From NCBI RefSeq assembly GCF_009914755.1, contig NC_060932.1: a stretch of DNA of 64,000 nt; one strand, given 5' to 3'. Every line of letters begins with the position of its first letter. Positions within the stretch are counted from its first letter, which is position 1. Below are positions 1-11,600 of the stretch, in pieces. The notes below the pieces were generated by a model. It was not told the DNA's origin and ran no database searches. It was given only the letters and a program-made list of their open reading frames with translations. The translations under genes were made by a program, and so were the position numbers. The stretch comes from the human T2T-CHM13v2.0 reference genome, Homo sapiens.

Positions 1-73
1 CTTTCTTTTGACAGAACTGTTCTGAAACATTCTTTTTATAGAATCTGAAAGTGGATATTTAAAGCTTTGAGGA

Positions 74-90
74 TTTCGTTGGAAACGGGA
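74..90 (+). other. Canonical CENP-B box (site 1 of HOR; recurs every ~1869 bp)
   Basis: TTTCGTTGGAAACGGGA matches all 9 core positions of NTTCGNNNNANNCGGGN. Confidence 0.95.
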
Positions 91-244
91 ATATCGTCAA
101 ATCAAATCTAGCCAGAAGCATTCTAAGAAACATCTTAGGGATGTTTACATTCAAGTCACAGAGTTGAACATTCCCTTTCACAGAGCAGGTTTGAAACAAT
201 CTTCTCGTACTATCTGGAAGTGGACATTTTGAGCTCCTTGGGGC

Positions 245-261
245 CTATGCTGAAAAAGGAA
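245..261 (+). other. A-box (pJalpha-type) variant, site 2
   Basis: CTATGCTGAAAAAGGAA lies at the box position, 171 bp after the CENP-B box. Confidence 0.8.
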
Positions 262-414
262 ATATCTTCCGACAAAAACTAGACAGAAGCATTCGCAGAA
301 TCACGTTTGTGATGTGTGCACTCAACTGTCAGAATTGAACCTTGGTTTGGACAGAGCACTTTTGAAACACTCTTTTTGTAGAATCTGCAGGTGGATATTG
401 GCTAGCTTTGAGGA

Positions 415-431
415 TTTCGTTGGAAACGGTA
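415..431 (+). other. Degenerate CENP-B box, site 3 (CGGG>CGGT)
   Basis: TTTCGTTGGAAACGGTA has lost a core G in every copy inspected. Confidence 0.9.
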
Positions 432-585
432 ATGTCTTCAAAGAAAATCTAGACAGAAACATTCTCAGAAACACCTTCGTGATGTTTGCAATCAAGTCAC
501 AGAGTTGAACCTTCCGTTTCATAGAGCAGGTTGGAAACACTCTTTTTGTAGTATCTGGAAGTGGACATTTGGAGCGCTTTCAGGC

Positions 586-602
586 CTATGGTGAAAAAGG
601 AA
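586..602 (+). other. A-box (pJalpha-type), site 4
   Basis: CTATGGTGAAAAAGGAA. Confidence 0.85.
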
Positions 603-756
603 ATATCTTCCCATAAAAACGACATAGAAGCTATCTCAGGAACTTGTTTATGATGCATCCAATCAACTAACAGTGTTGAACCTTTGTACTGACAGAGCAG
701 TGTGAAACACTCTTTTTTTTGGAATCTGCAAGTGGATATTTGGATCGCTTTGAGGA

Positions 757-773
757 TTTCGTTGGAAACGGGA
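757..773 (+). other. Canonical CENP-B box, site 5
   Basis: TTTCGTTGGAAACGGGA; intact in nearly all copies. Confidence 0.95.
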
Positions 774-922
774 TGCAATATAAAAGTACACAGCAGCATA
801 CTCAGAAAATACTTTGCCATATATCCATTCAAGTCACAGAGTGGAACATTCCCATTCATAGAGCAGGTTTGACACACTCTTTTTGTAGTATCTGGAAGTG
901 GACATTTGGAGCGCTTTCTGAA

Positions 923-939
923 CTATGGTGAAAAAGGAA
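923..939 (+). other. A-box (pJalpha-type), site 6
   Basis: CTATGGTGAAAAAGGAA. Confidence 0.85.
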
Positions 940-1093
940 ATATCTTCCAATGAAAACAAGACAGAAGCATTCTGAGAAACTTATTTGTGATGTGTGTCCT
1001 CAACTAACGGACTTGAACCTTTCGTTTCATGCAGTACTTCTGGAGCACTCTTTTTGAAGATTCTGCATGTGGATATTTGGATAGCTTTGAGGA

Positions 1094-1110
1094 TTTCGTT
1101 GGAAACGGGC
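1094..1110 (+). other. CENP-B box with intact core, site 7
   Basis: TTTCGTTGGAAACGGGC; all 9 core positions are present. Confidence 0.92.
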
Positions 1111-1260
1111 TTACATATAAAAAGTAGACAGCAGCATTCTCAGAAACTACTTTGTGGTGTCTGCATTCAAGTCACAGAATTGAACATCCCCTCACATAGA
1201 GCAGTTGTGCAGCACTCTATTTGTAGTATCTCGAAGTGGACATTTGGAGGGCTTTGTAGC

Positions 1261-1277
1261 CTATCTGGAAAAAGGAA
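1261..1277 (+). other. Diverged A-box, site 8
   Basis: CTATCTGGAAAAAGGAA at the box position. Confidence 0.7.
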
Positions 1278-1431
1278 ATATCTTCCCATGAATGCGAGAT
1301 AGAAGTAATCTCAGAAACATGTTTATGCTGTATCTACTCAACTAACTGTGCTGAACATTTCTATTGATTGAGCAGTTTTGAGGCACTCTTCTTTTGGAAT
1401 CTGCAAGTGGATATTTGGATAGATTTGACGA

Positions 1432-1448
1432 TTTCGTTGGCAACGGGA
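1432..1448 (+). other. Degenerate, polymorphic CENP-B box, site 9
   Basis: TTTCGTTGGCAACGGGA (core A>C) here. It is intact at 3299-3315 and 5168-5184, and carries a TTCC allele in many other copies. Confidence 0.88.
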
Positions 1449-1598
1449 TCATATATAAAAAGTAGACAGCCGCATTCTCAGAAACTTCTTTGTGATGTTT
1501 GCATCCAGCTCTCAGAGTTGAACATTCCCTTTCATAGAGTAGGTTTGAAACCCTCTTTTTATAGTGTCTGGAAGCGGGCATTTGGAGCGCTTTCAGGC

Positions 1599-1615
1599 CT
1601 ATGCTGAAAAAGGAA
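1599..1615 (+). other. A-box variant, site 10
   Basis: CTATGCTGAAAAAGGAA. Confidence 0.8.
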
Positions 1616-1769
1616 ATATCTACCTATAGAAACTAGACAGAAGCATTCTGAGAATCACGTTTGTGATGTGGGTACTCAATTAACAGTGTTGATCCATACT
1701 TTTGATACAGCAGTTTCGAACCACACTTTTTGTAGAATCTGCAAGTGGATATTTGGATAGCTGTGAGGA

Positions 1770-1786
1770 TTTCCTTGGAAACGGGA
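1770..1786 (+). other. Degenerate CENP-B box, site 11 (TTCG>TTCC)
   Basis: TTTCCTTGGAAACGGGA; intact only at 7375-7391 and 55967-55983. Confidence 0.9.
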
Positions 1787-3807
1787 ATGTCTTCATAGAC
1801 AATTTAGACAGAAGCATTCTGAGAACCTTGATTGTGATGTGTGTTCTCCACTAAAAGGGCTGAACCTTTCTTTTGACAGAACTGTTCTGAAACATTCTTT
1901 TTATAGAATCTGGAAGTGGATATTTGGAATGATTTGGGGATTTCGTTGGAAACGGGAATATCTTCAAATAAAATCTAGCCAGAAGCATTCTAAGAAACAT
2001 CTTAGGGATGTTTACATTCAAGTCACAGAGTTGAACATTCCCTTTCACAGAGCAGGTTTGAAACAATCTTCTCGTACTATCTGGAAGTGGACATTTTGAG
2101 CTCCTTGGGGCCTATGCTGAAAAAGGAAATATCTTCCGACAAAAACTAGACAGAAGCATTCGCAGAATCATGTTTGTGATGTGTGCACTCAACTGTCAGA
2201 ATTGAACCTTGGTTTGGACAGAGCACTTTTGAAACACTCTTTGTAGAATCTGCAGGTGGATATTTGGCTAGCTTTGAGGATTTCGTTGGAAACGGTAATG
2301 TCTTCAAAGAAAATCTAGACAGAAACATTCTCAGAAACACCTTCGTGATGTTTGCAATCAAGTCACAGAGTTGAACCTTCCGTTTCATAGAGCAGGTTGG
2401 AAACACTCTTTTTGTAGTATCTGGAAGTGGACATTTGGAGCCCTTTCAGGCCTATGGTGAAAAAGGAAATATCTTCCCATAAAAACGACATAGAAGCTAT
2501 CTCAGGAACTTGTTTATGATGCATCCAATCAACTAACAGTGTTGAACCTTTGTACTGACAGAGCAGTGTGAAACACTCTTTTTTTTGGAATCTGCAAGTG
2601 GATATTTGGAGCGCTTTGAGGATTTCGTTGGAAACGGGATGCAATATAAAACGTACACAGCAGCATACTCAGAAAATACGTTGCCATATTTCCATTCAAG
2701 TCACAGAGTGGAACATTCCCATTCATAGAGCAGGTTGGAAACACTCTTTTTGTAGTATGTGGAAGTGGACATTTGGAGGGCTTTCTGAACTATGGTGAAA
2801 AAGGAAATATCTTCCAATGAAAACAAGACAGAAGCATTCTGAGAAACTTATTTGTGATGTGTGTCCTCAACTAACGGACTTGAACCTTTCGTTTCATGCA
2901 GTACTTCTGGAACACTCTTTTTGAAGATTCTGCATGCGGATATTTGGATAGCTTTGAGGATTTCGTTGGAAACGGGCTTACATATAAAAATTAGACAGCA
3001 GCATTCTCAGAAACTTCTCTGTGGTGTCTGCATTCAAGTCACAGAATTGAACATCCCCTCACATAGAGCAGTTGTGCAGCACTCTATTTGTAGTATCTCG
3101 AAGTGGACATTTGGAGGGCTTTGTAGCCTATCTGGAAAAAGGAAATATCTTCCCATGAATGCGAGATAGAAGTAATCTCAGAAACATGTTTATGCTGTAT
3201 CTACTGAACTAACTGTGCTGAACATTTCTATTGATAGAGCAGTTTTGAGACACTCTTCTTTTGGAATCTGCAAGTGGGTATTTGGATAGATATGAGGATT
3301 TCGTTGGAAACGGGATTATATATAAAAAGTAGACAGCCGCATACTCAGAAACTTCTTTGTGATGTTTGCATCCAGCTCTCAGGGTTGAACATTCCCTTTC
3401 ATAGAGTAGGTTTGAAACCCTCTTTTTATAGTGTGTGGAAGCGGGCATTTGGAGCGCTTTCAGGCCTATGCTGAAAAAGGAAATATCTACCTATAGAAAC
3501 TAGACAGAAGCATTCTGAGAATCACGTTTGTGATGTGGGTACTCAACTAACAGTGTTGATTCATTCTTTTGATACAGCAGTTTTGAACCACACTTTTTGT
3601 AGAATCTGCAAGTGGATATTTGGATAGCTGTGAGGATTTCCTTGGAAACGGGAATGTCTTCATAGAAAATTTAGACAGAAGCATTCTCAGAACCTTGATT
3701 GTGATGTGTGTTCTCCACTAACAGAGTTGAACCTTTCTTTTGACAGAACTGTTCTGAAACATTCTTTTTATAGAATCTGGAAGTGGATATTTGGAAAGCT
3801 TTGAGGA

Positions 3808-5676
3808 TTTCGTTGGAAACGGGAATATCTTCAAATCAAATCTAGCCAGAAGCATTCTAAGAAACATCTTAGGGATGTTTACATTCAAGTCACAGAGTTG
3901 AACATTCCCTTTCACAGAGCAGGTTTGAAACAATCTTCTCGTAGTATCTGGAAGTGGACATTTTGAGCTCCTTGGGGCCTATGCTGAAAAAGGAAATATC
4001 TTCCGACAAAAACTAGACAGAAGCATTCGCAGAATCACGTTTGTGATGTGTGCACTCAACTGTCAGAATTGAACCTTGGTTTGGACAGAGCACTTTTGAA
4101 ACACTCTTTTTGTAGAATCTGCAGGTGGATATTTGGCTAGCTTTGAGGATTTCGTTGGAAACGGTAATGTCTTCAAAGAAAATCTAGACAGAAGCATTCT
4201 CAGAAACACCTTCGTGATGTTTGCAATCAAGTCACAGAGTTGAACCTTCCGTTTCATAGAGCAGGTTGGAAACACTCTTTTTGTAGTATCTGGAAGTGGA
4301 CATTTGGAGCGCTTTCAGGCCTATGGTGAAAAAGGAAATATCTTCCCATAAAAACGACATAGAAGCTATCTCAGGAACTTGTTTATGATGCATCCAATCA
4401 ACTAACAGTGTTGAACCTTTGTACTGACAGAGCAGTGTGAAACACTCTTTTTTTTGGAATCTGCAAGTGGATATTTGGATCGCTTTGAGGATTTCGTTGG
4501 AAACGGGATGCAATATAAAACGTACACAGCAGCATACTCAGAAAATACGTTGCCATATTTCCATTCAAGTCACAGAGTGGAACATTCCCATTCATAGAGC
4601 AGGTAGGAAACACTCTTTTTGTAGTATGTGGAAGTGGACATTTGGAGGGCTTTCTGAACTATGGTGAAAAAGGAAATATCTTCCAATGAAAACAAGACAG
4701 AAGCATTCTGAGAAACTTATTTGTGATGTGTGTCCTCAACTAACGGACTTGAACTTTTCGTTTCATGCACTACTTCTGGAACACTCTTTTTGAAGATTCT
4801 GCATGCGGATCTTTGGATAGCTTTGAGGATTTCGTTGGAAACGGGCTTACATATAAAAATTAGACAGCAGCATTCTCAGAAACTTCTTTGTGGTGTCTGC
4901 ATTCAAGTCACAGAATTGAACATCCCCTCACATAGAGCAGTTGTGCAGCACTCTATTTGTAGTATCTCGAAGTGGACATTTGGAGGGCTTTGTAGCCTAT
5001 CTGGAAACAGGAAATATCTTCCCATGAATGCGAGATAGAAGTAATCTCAGAAACATGTTTATGCTGTATCTACTCAACTAACTGTGCTGAACATTTCTAT
5101 TGATAGAGCAGTTTTGAGACACTTTTCTTTTGGAATCTGCAAGTGGATATTTGGATGGATTTGAGGATTTCGTTGGAAACGGGATTATATATAAAAAGTA
5201 GACAGCCGCATTCTCAGAAACTTCTTTGTGATGTTTGCATCCAGCTCTCAGAGTTGAACATTCCCTTTCGTAGAGTAGGTTTGAAACCCTCTTTTTATAG
5301 TGTCTGGAAGCGGGCATTTGGAGCGCTTTCAGGCCTATGCTGAAAAAGGAAATATCTACCTATAGAAACTAGACAGAAGCATTCTGAGAATCACGTTTGT
5401 GATGTGGGTACTCAACTAACAGTGTTGATCCATTCTTTTGATACAGCAGTTTTGAACCACACTTTTTGTAGAATCTGCAAGTGGATATTTGGATAGCTGT
5501 GAGGATTTCCTTGGAAACGGGAATGTCTTCATAGAAAATTTAGACAGAAGCATTCTCAGAACCTTGATTGTGATGTGTGTTCTCCACTAACAGGGTTGAA
5601 CCTTTCTTTTGACAGAACTGTTCTGAAACATTCTTTTTATAGAATCTGGAAGTGGATATTTGGAAAGCTTTGAGGA
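3808..5676 (+). repeat. Representative full-length 1869-bp HOR unit, box order B-A-B-A-B-A-B-A-B-A-B
   Basis: Runs from one TTTCGTTGGAAACGGGAATATC box to the next equivalent box and contains 6 B-type and 5 A-type box positions at ~170-bp spacing. Confidence 0.93.
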
Positions 5677-8600
5677 TTTCGTTGGAAACGGGAATATCTT
5701 CAAATCAAATCTAGCCAGAAGCATTCTAAGAAACATCTTAGGGATGTTTACATTCAAGTCACAGAGTTGAACATTCCCTTTCACAGAGCAGGTTTGAAAC
5801 AATCTTCTCGTAGTATCTGGAAGTGGACATTTTGAGCTCCTTGGGGCCTATGCTGAAAAAGGAAATATCTTCCGACAAAAACTAGACAGAAGCATTCGCA
5901 GAATCACGTTTGTGATGTGTGCACTCAACTGTCAGAATTGAACCTTGGTTTGGACAGAGCACTTTTGAAACACTCTTTTTGTAGAATCTGCAGGTGGATA
6001 TTTGGCTAGCTTTAAGGATTTCGTTGGAAACGGTAATGTCTTCAAAGAAAATCTAGACAGAAACATTCTCAGAAACACCTTCGTGATGTTTGCAATCAAG
6101 TCACAGAGTTGAACCTTCCGTTTCATAGAGCAGGTTGGAAACACTCTTTTTGTAGTATCTGGAAGTGGACATTTGGAGCGCTTTCAGGCCTATGGTGAAA
6201 AAGGAAATATCTTCCCATAAAAACGACATAGAAGCTATCTCAGGAACTTGTTTATGATGCATCCAATCAACTAACAGTGTTGAAACTTTGTACTGACAGA
6301 GCAGTGTGAAACACTCTTTTTTTTGGAATCTGCAAGTGGATATTTGGATCGCTTTGAGGATTTCGTTGGAAACGGGATGCAATATAAAACGTACACAGCA
6401 GCATACTCAGAAAATACTTTGCCATATTTCCATTCAAGTCACAGAGTGGAACATTCCCATTCATAGAGCAGGTTTGACACACTCTTTTTGTAGTATCTGG
6501 AAGTGGACATTTGGAGCGCTTTCTGAACTATGGTGAAAAAGGAAATATCTTCCAATGAAAACAAGACAGAAGCATTCTGAGAGACTTATTTGTGATGTGT
6601 GTCCTCAACTAACGGACTTGAACCTTTCGTTTCATGCAGTACTTCTGGAACACTCTTTTTGAAGATTCTGCATGCGGATATTTGGATAGCTTTGAGGATT
6701 TCGTTGGAAACGGGCTTACATATAAAAATTAGACAGCAGCATTCTCAGAAACTTCTTTGTGGTGTCTGCATTCAAGTCACAGAATTGAACATCCCCTCAC
6801 ATAGAGCAGTTGTGCAGCACTCTATTTGTTGTATCTCGAAGTGGACATTTGGAGGGCTTTGTAGCCTATCTGGAAAAAGGAAATATCTTCCCATGAATGC
6901 GAGATAGAAGTAATCTCAGAAACATGTTTATGCTGTATCTACTCAACTAACTGTGCTGAACATTTCTATTGATAGAGCAGTTTTGAGACACTCTTCTTTT
7001 GGAATCTGCAAGTGGATATTTGGAAAGATTTGAGGATTTCGTTGACAACGGGATTATATATAAAATGTAGACAGCCGCATTCTCAGAAACTTCTTTGTGA
7101 TGTTTGCATCCAGCTCTCAGAGTTGAACATTCCCTTTCGTAGAGTCGGTTTGAAACCCTCTTTTTATAGTGTCTGGAAGCGGGCATTTGGAGCGCTTTCA
7201 GGCCTATGCTGAAAAAGGAAATATCTACCTAAAGAAACTAGACAGAAGCATTCTGAGAATCACGTTTGTGATGTGGGTACTCAACTAACAGTGTTGATCC
7301 ATTCTTTTGATACAGCAGTTTTGAACCACACTTTTTGTAGAATCTGCAAGTGGATATTTGGATAGCTGTGAGGATTTCGTTGGAAACGGGAATGTCTTCA
7401 TAGAAAATTTAGACAGAAGCATTCTCAGAACCTTGATTGTGATGTGTGTTCTCCACTAACAGAGTTGAACCTTTCTTTTGACAGAACTGTTCTGAAACAT
7501 TCTTTTTATAGAATCTGAAAGTGGATATTTGGAAAGCTTTGAGGATTTCGTTGGAAACGGGAATATCGTCAAATCAAATCTAGCCAGAAGCATTCTAAGA
7601 AACATCTTAGGGATGTTTACATTCAAGTCACAGAGTTGAACATTCCCTTTCACAGAGCAGGTTTGAAACAATCTTCTCGTACTATCTGGAAGTGGACATT
7701 TTGAGCTCCTTGGGGCCTATGCTGAAAAAGGAAATATCTTCCGACAAAAACTAGACAGAAGCATTCGCAGAATCACGTTTGTGATGTGTGCACTCAACTG
7801 TCAGAATTGAACCTTGGTTTGCACAGAGCACTTTTGAAACTCTCTTTTTGTAGAATCTGCAGGTGGATATTGGCTAGCTTTGAGGATTTCGTTGGAAACG
7901 GTAATGTCTTCAAAGAAAATCTAGACAGAAGCATTCTCAGAAACACCTTCGTGATGTTTGCAATCAAGTCACAGAGTTGAACCTTCCGTTTCATAGAGCA
8001 GGTTGGAAACACTCTTTTTGTAGTATCTGGAAGTGGACATTTGGAGCGCTTTCAGGCCTATGGTGAAAAAGGAAATATCTTCCCATAAAAACGACATAGA
8101 AGCTATCTCAGGAACTTGTTTATGATGCATCCAATCAACTAACAGTGTTGAACCTTTGTACTGACAGAGCAGTGTGAAACACTCTTTTTTTTGGAATCTG
8201 CAAGTGGATATTTGGATCGCTTTGAGGATTTCGTTGGAAACGGGATGCAATATAAAACGTACACAGCAGCATACTCAGAAAATACTTTGCCATATTTCCA
8301 TTCAAGTCACAGAGTGGAACATTCCCATTCATAGAGCAGCTTGGAAACACTCTTTTTGTAGTATCTGGAAGTGGACATTTGGAGCGCTTTCTGAACTATG
8401 GTGAAAAAGGAAATATCTTCCAATGAAAACAAGACAGAAGCATTCTGAGAAACTTATTTGTGATGTGTGTCCTCAACTAACGGACTTGAACCTTTCGTTT
8501 CATGCAGTACTTCTGGAACACTCTTTTTGAAGATTCTGCATGCGGATATTTGGATAGCTTTGAGGATTTCGTTGGAAACGGGCTTACATATAAAAATTAG

Positions 8601-11600
8601 ACAGCAGCATTCTCAGAAACTTCTTTGTGGTGTCTGCATTCAAGTCACAGAATTGAACATCCCCTCACATAGAGCAGCTGTGCAGCACTCTATTTGTAGT
8701 ATCTCGAAGTGGACATTTGGAGGGCTTTGTAGCCTATCTGGAAAAAGGAAATATCTTCCCATGAATGCGAGATAGAAGTAATCTCAGAAACATGTTTATG
8801 CTGTATCTACTCAACTAACTGTGCTGAACATTTCTATTGATAGAGCAGTTTTGAGACACTCTTCTTTTGGAATCTGCAAGTGGATATTTGGATAGATTTG
8901 AGGATTTCCTTGGAAACGGGATTATATATCAAAAGTAGACAGCAGCATTCTCAGAAACTTCTTTGTGATGTTTGCATCCAGCTCTCAGAGTTGAACATTC
9001 CCTTTCGTAGAGTAGGTTTGAAACCCTCTTTTTATAGTGTCTGGAAGCGGGCATTTGGAGCGCTTTCAGGCCTATGCTGAAAAAGGAAATATCTACCTAT
9101 AGAAAGTAGACAGAAGCATTCTGAGAATCACGTTTGTGATGTGGGTACTCAACTAACAGTGTTGATCCATTCTTTTGATACAGCAGTTTTGAACCACACT
9201 TTTTGTAGAATCTGCAAGTGGATATTTGGATAGCTGTGAGGATTTCCTTGGAAACGGGAATGTCTTCATAGAAAATTTAGACAGAAGCATTCTCAGAACC
9301 TTGATTGTGATGTGTGTTCTCCACTAACAGGGTTGAACCTTTCTTTTGACAGAACTGTTTTGAAACATTCTTTTTATAGAATCTGGAAGTGGATATTTGG
9401 AAAGCTTTGAGGATTTCGTTGGAAACGGAAATATCTTCAAATAAAATCTAGCCAGAAGCATTCTAAGAAACATCTTAGGGATGTTTACATTCAAGTCACA
9501 GAGTTGAACATTCCCTTTCACAGAGCAGGTTTGAAACAATCTTCTCGTACTATCTGGAAGTGGACATTTTGAGCTCCTTGGGGCCTATGCTGAAAAAGGA
9601 AATATCTTCCGACAAAAACTAGACAGAAGCATTCGCAGAATCACGTTTGTGATGTGTGCACTCAACTGTCAGAATTGAACCTTTGTTTGGACAGAGCACT
9701 TTTGAAACACTCTTTTTGTAGAATCTGCAGGTGGATATTTGGCTAGCTTTGAGGATTTCGTTGGAAACGGTAATGTCTTCAAAGAAAATCTAGACAGAAA
9801 CATTCTCAGAAACACCTTCGTGATGTTTGCAATCAAGTCACAGAGTTGAACCTTCCGTTTCATAGAGCAGGTTGGAAACACTCTTTTTGTAGTATCTGGA
9901 AGTGGACATTTGGAGCGCTTTCAGGCCTATGGTGAAAAAGGAAATATCTTCCCATAAAAACGACATAGAAGCTATCTCAGGAACTTGTTTATGATGCATC
10001 CAATCAACTAACAGTGTTGAACCTTTGTACTGACAGAGCAGTGTGAAACACTCTTTTTTTTGGAATCTGCAAGTGGATATTTGGATCGCTTTGAGGATTT
10101 CGTTGGAAACGGGATGCAATATAAAACGTACACAGCAGCATACTCAGAAAATACTTTGCCATATTTCCATTCAAGTCACAGAGTGGAACATTCCCATTCA
10201 TAGAGCAGCTTGGAAACACTCTTTTTGTAGTATCTGGAAGTGGACATTTGGAGCGCTTTCTGAACTATGGTGAAAAAGGAAATATCTTCCAATGAAAACA
10301 AGACAGAAGCATTCTGAGAAACTTATTTGTGATGTGTGTCCTCAACTAACGGACTTGAACCTTTCGTTTCATGCAGTACTTCTGGAACACTCTTTTTGAA
10401 GATTCTGCATGCGGATATTTGGATAGCTTTGAGGATTTCGTTGGAAACGGGCTTACATATAAAAATTAGACAGCAGCATTCTCAGAAACTTCTTTGTGGT
10501 GTCTGCATTCAAGTCACAGAATTGAACATCCCCTCACATAGAGCAGCTGTGCAGCACTCTATTTGTAGTATCTCGAAGTGGACATTTGGAGGGCTTTGTA
10601 GCCTATCTGGAAAAAGGAAATATCTTCCCATGAATGCGAGATAGAAGTAATCTCAGAAACATGTTTATGCTGTATCTACTCAACTAACTGTGCTGAACAT
10701 TTCTATTGATAGAGCAGTTTTGAGACACTCTTCTTTTGGAATCTGCAAGTGGATATTTGGATAGATTTGAGGATTTCCTTGGAAACGGGATTATATATCA
10801 AAAGTAGACAGCAGCATTCTCAGAAACTTCTTTGTGATGTTTGCATCCAGCTCTCAGAGTTGAACATTCCCTTTCGTAGAGTAGGTTTGAAACCCTCTTT
10901 TTATAGTGTCTGGAAGCGGGCATTTGGAGCGCTTTCAGGCCTATGCTGAAAAAGGAAATATCTACCTATAGAAAGTACACAGAAGCATTCTGAGAATCAC
11001 GTTTGTGATGTGGGTACTCAACTAACAGTGTTGATCCATTCTTTTGATACAGCAGTTTTGAACCACACTTTTTGTAGAATCTGCAAGTGGATATTTGGAT
11101 AGCTGTGAGGATTTCCTTGGAAACGGGAATGTCTTCATAGAAAATTTAGACAGAAGCATTCTCAGAACCTGATTGTGATGTGTGTTCTCCACTAACAGGG
11201 TTGAACCTTTCTTTTGACAGAACTGTTTTGAAACATTCTTTTTATAGAATCTGGAAGTGGATATTTGGAAAGCTTTGAGGATTTCGTTGGAAACGGGAAA
11301 ATCTTCAAATCAAATCTAGCCAGAAGCATTCTAAGAAACATCTTAGGGATGTTTACATTCAAGTCACAGGGTTGAACATTCCCTTTCACAGAGCAGGTTT
11401 GAAACAATCTTCTCGTACTATCTGGAAGTGGACATTTTGAGCTCCTTGGGGCCTATGCTGAAAAAGGAAATATCTTCCGACAAAAACTAGACAGAAGCAT
11501 TCGCAGAATCACGTTTGTGATGTGTGCACTCAACTATCAGAATTGAACCTTTGTTTGGACAGAGCACTTTTGAAACACTCTTTTTGTAGAATCTGCAGGT

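Noticed and set aside
1114-1460. TATA-like motifs (CATATAAAA, TATATAAAA) just after CENP-B box positions
   Set aside because: These are ordinary AT-rich alphoid segments, and nothing in the sequence supports promoter function.
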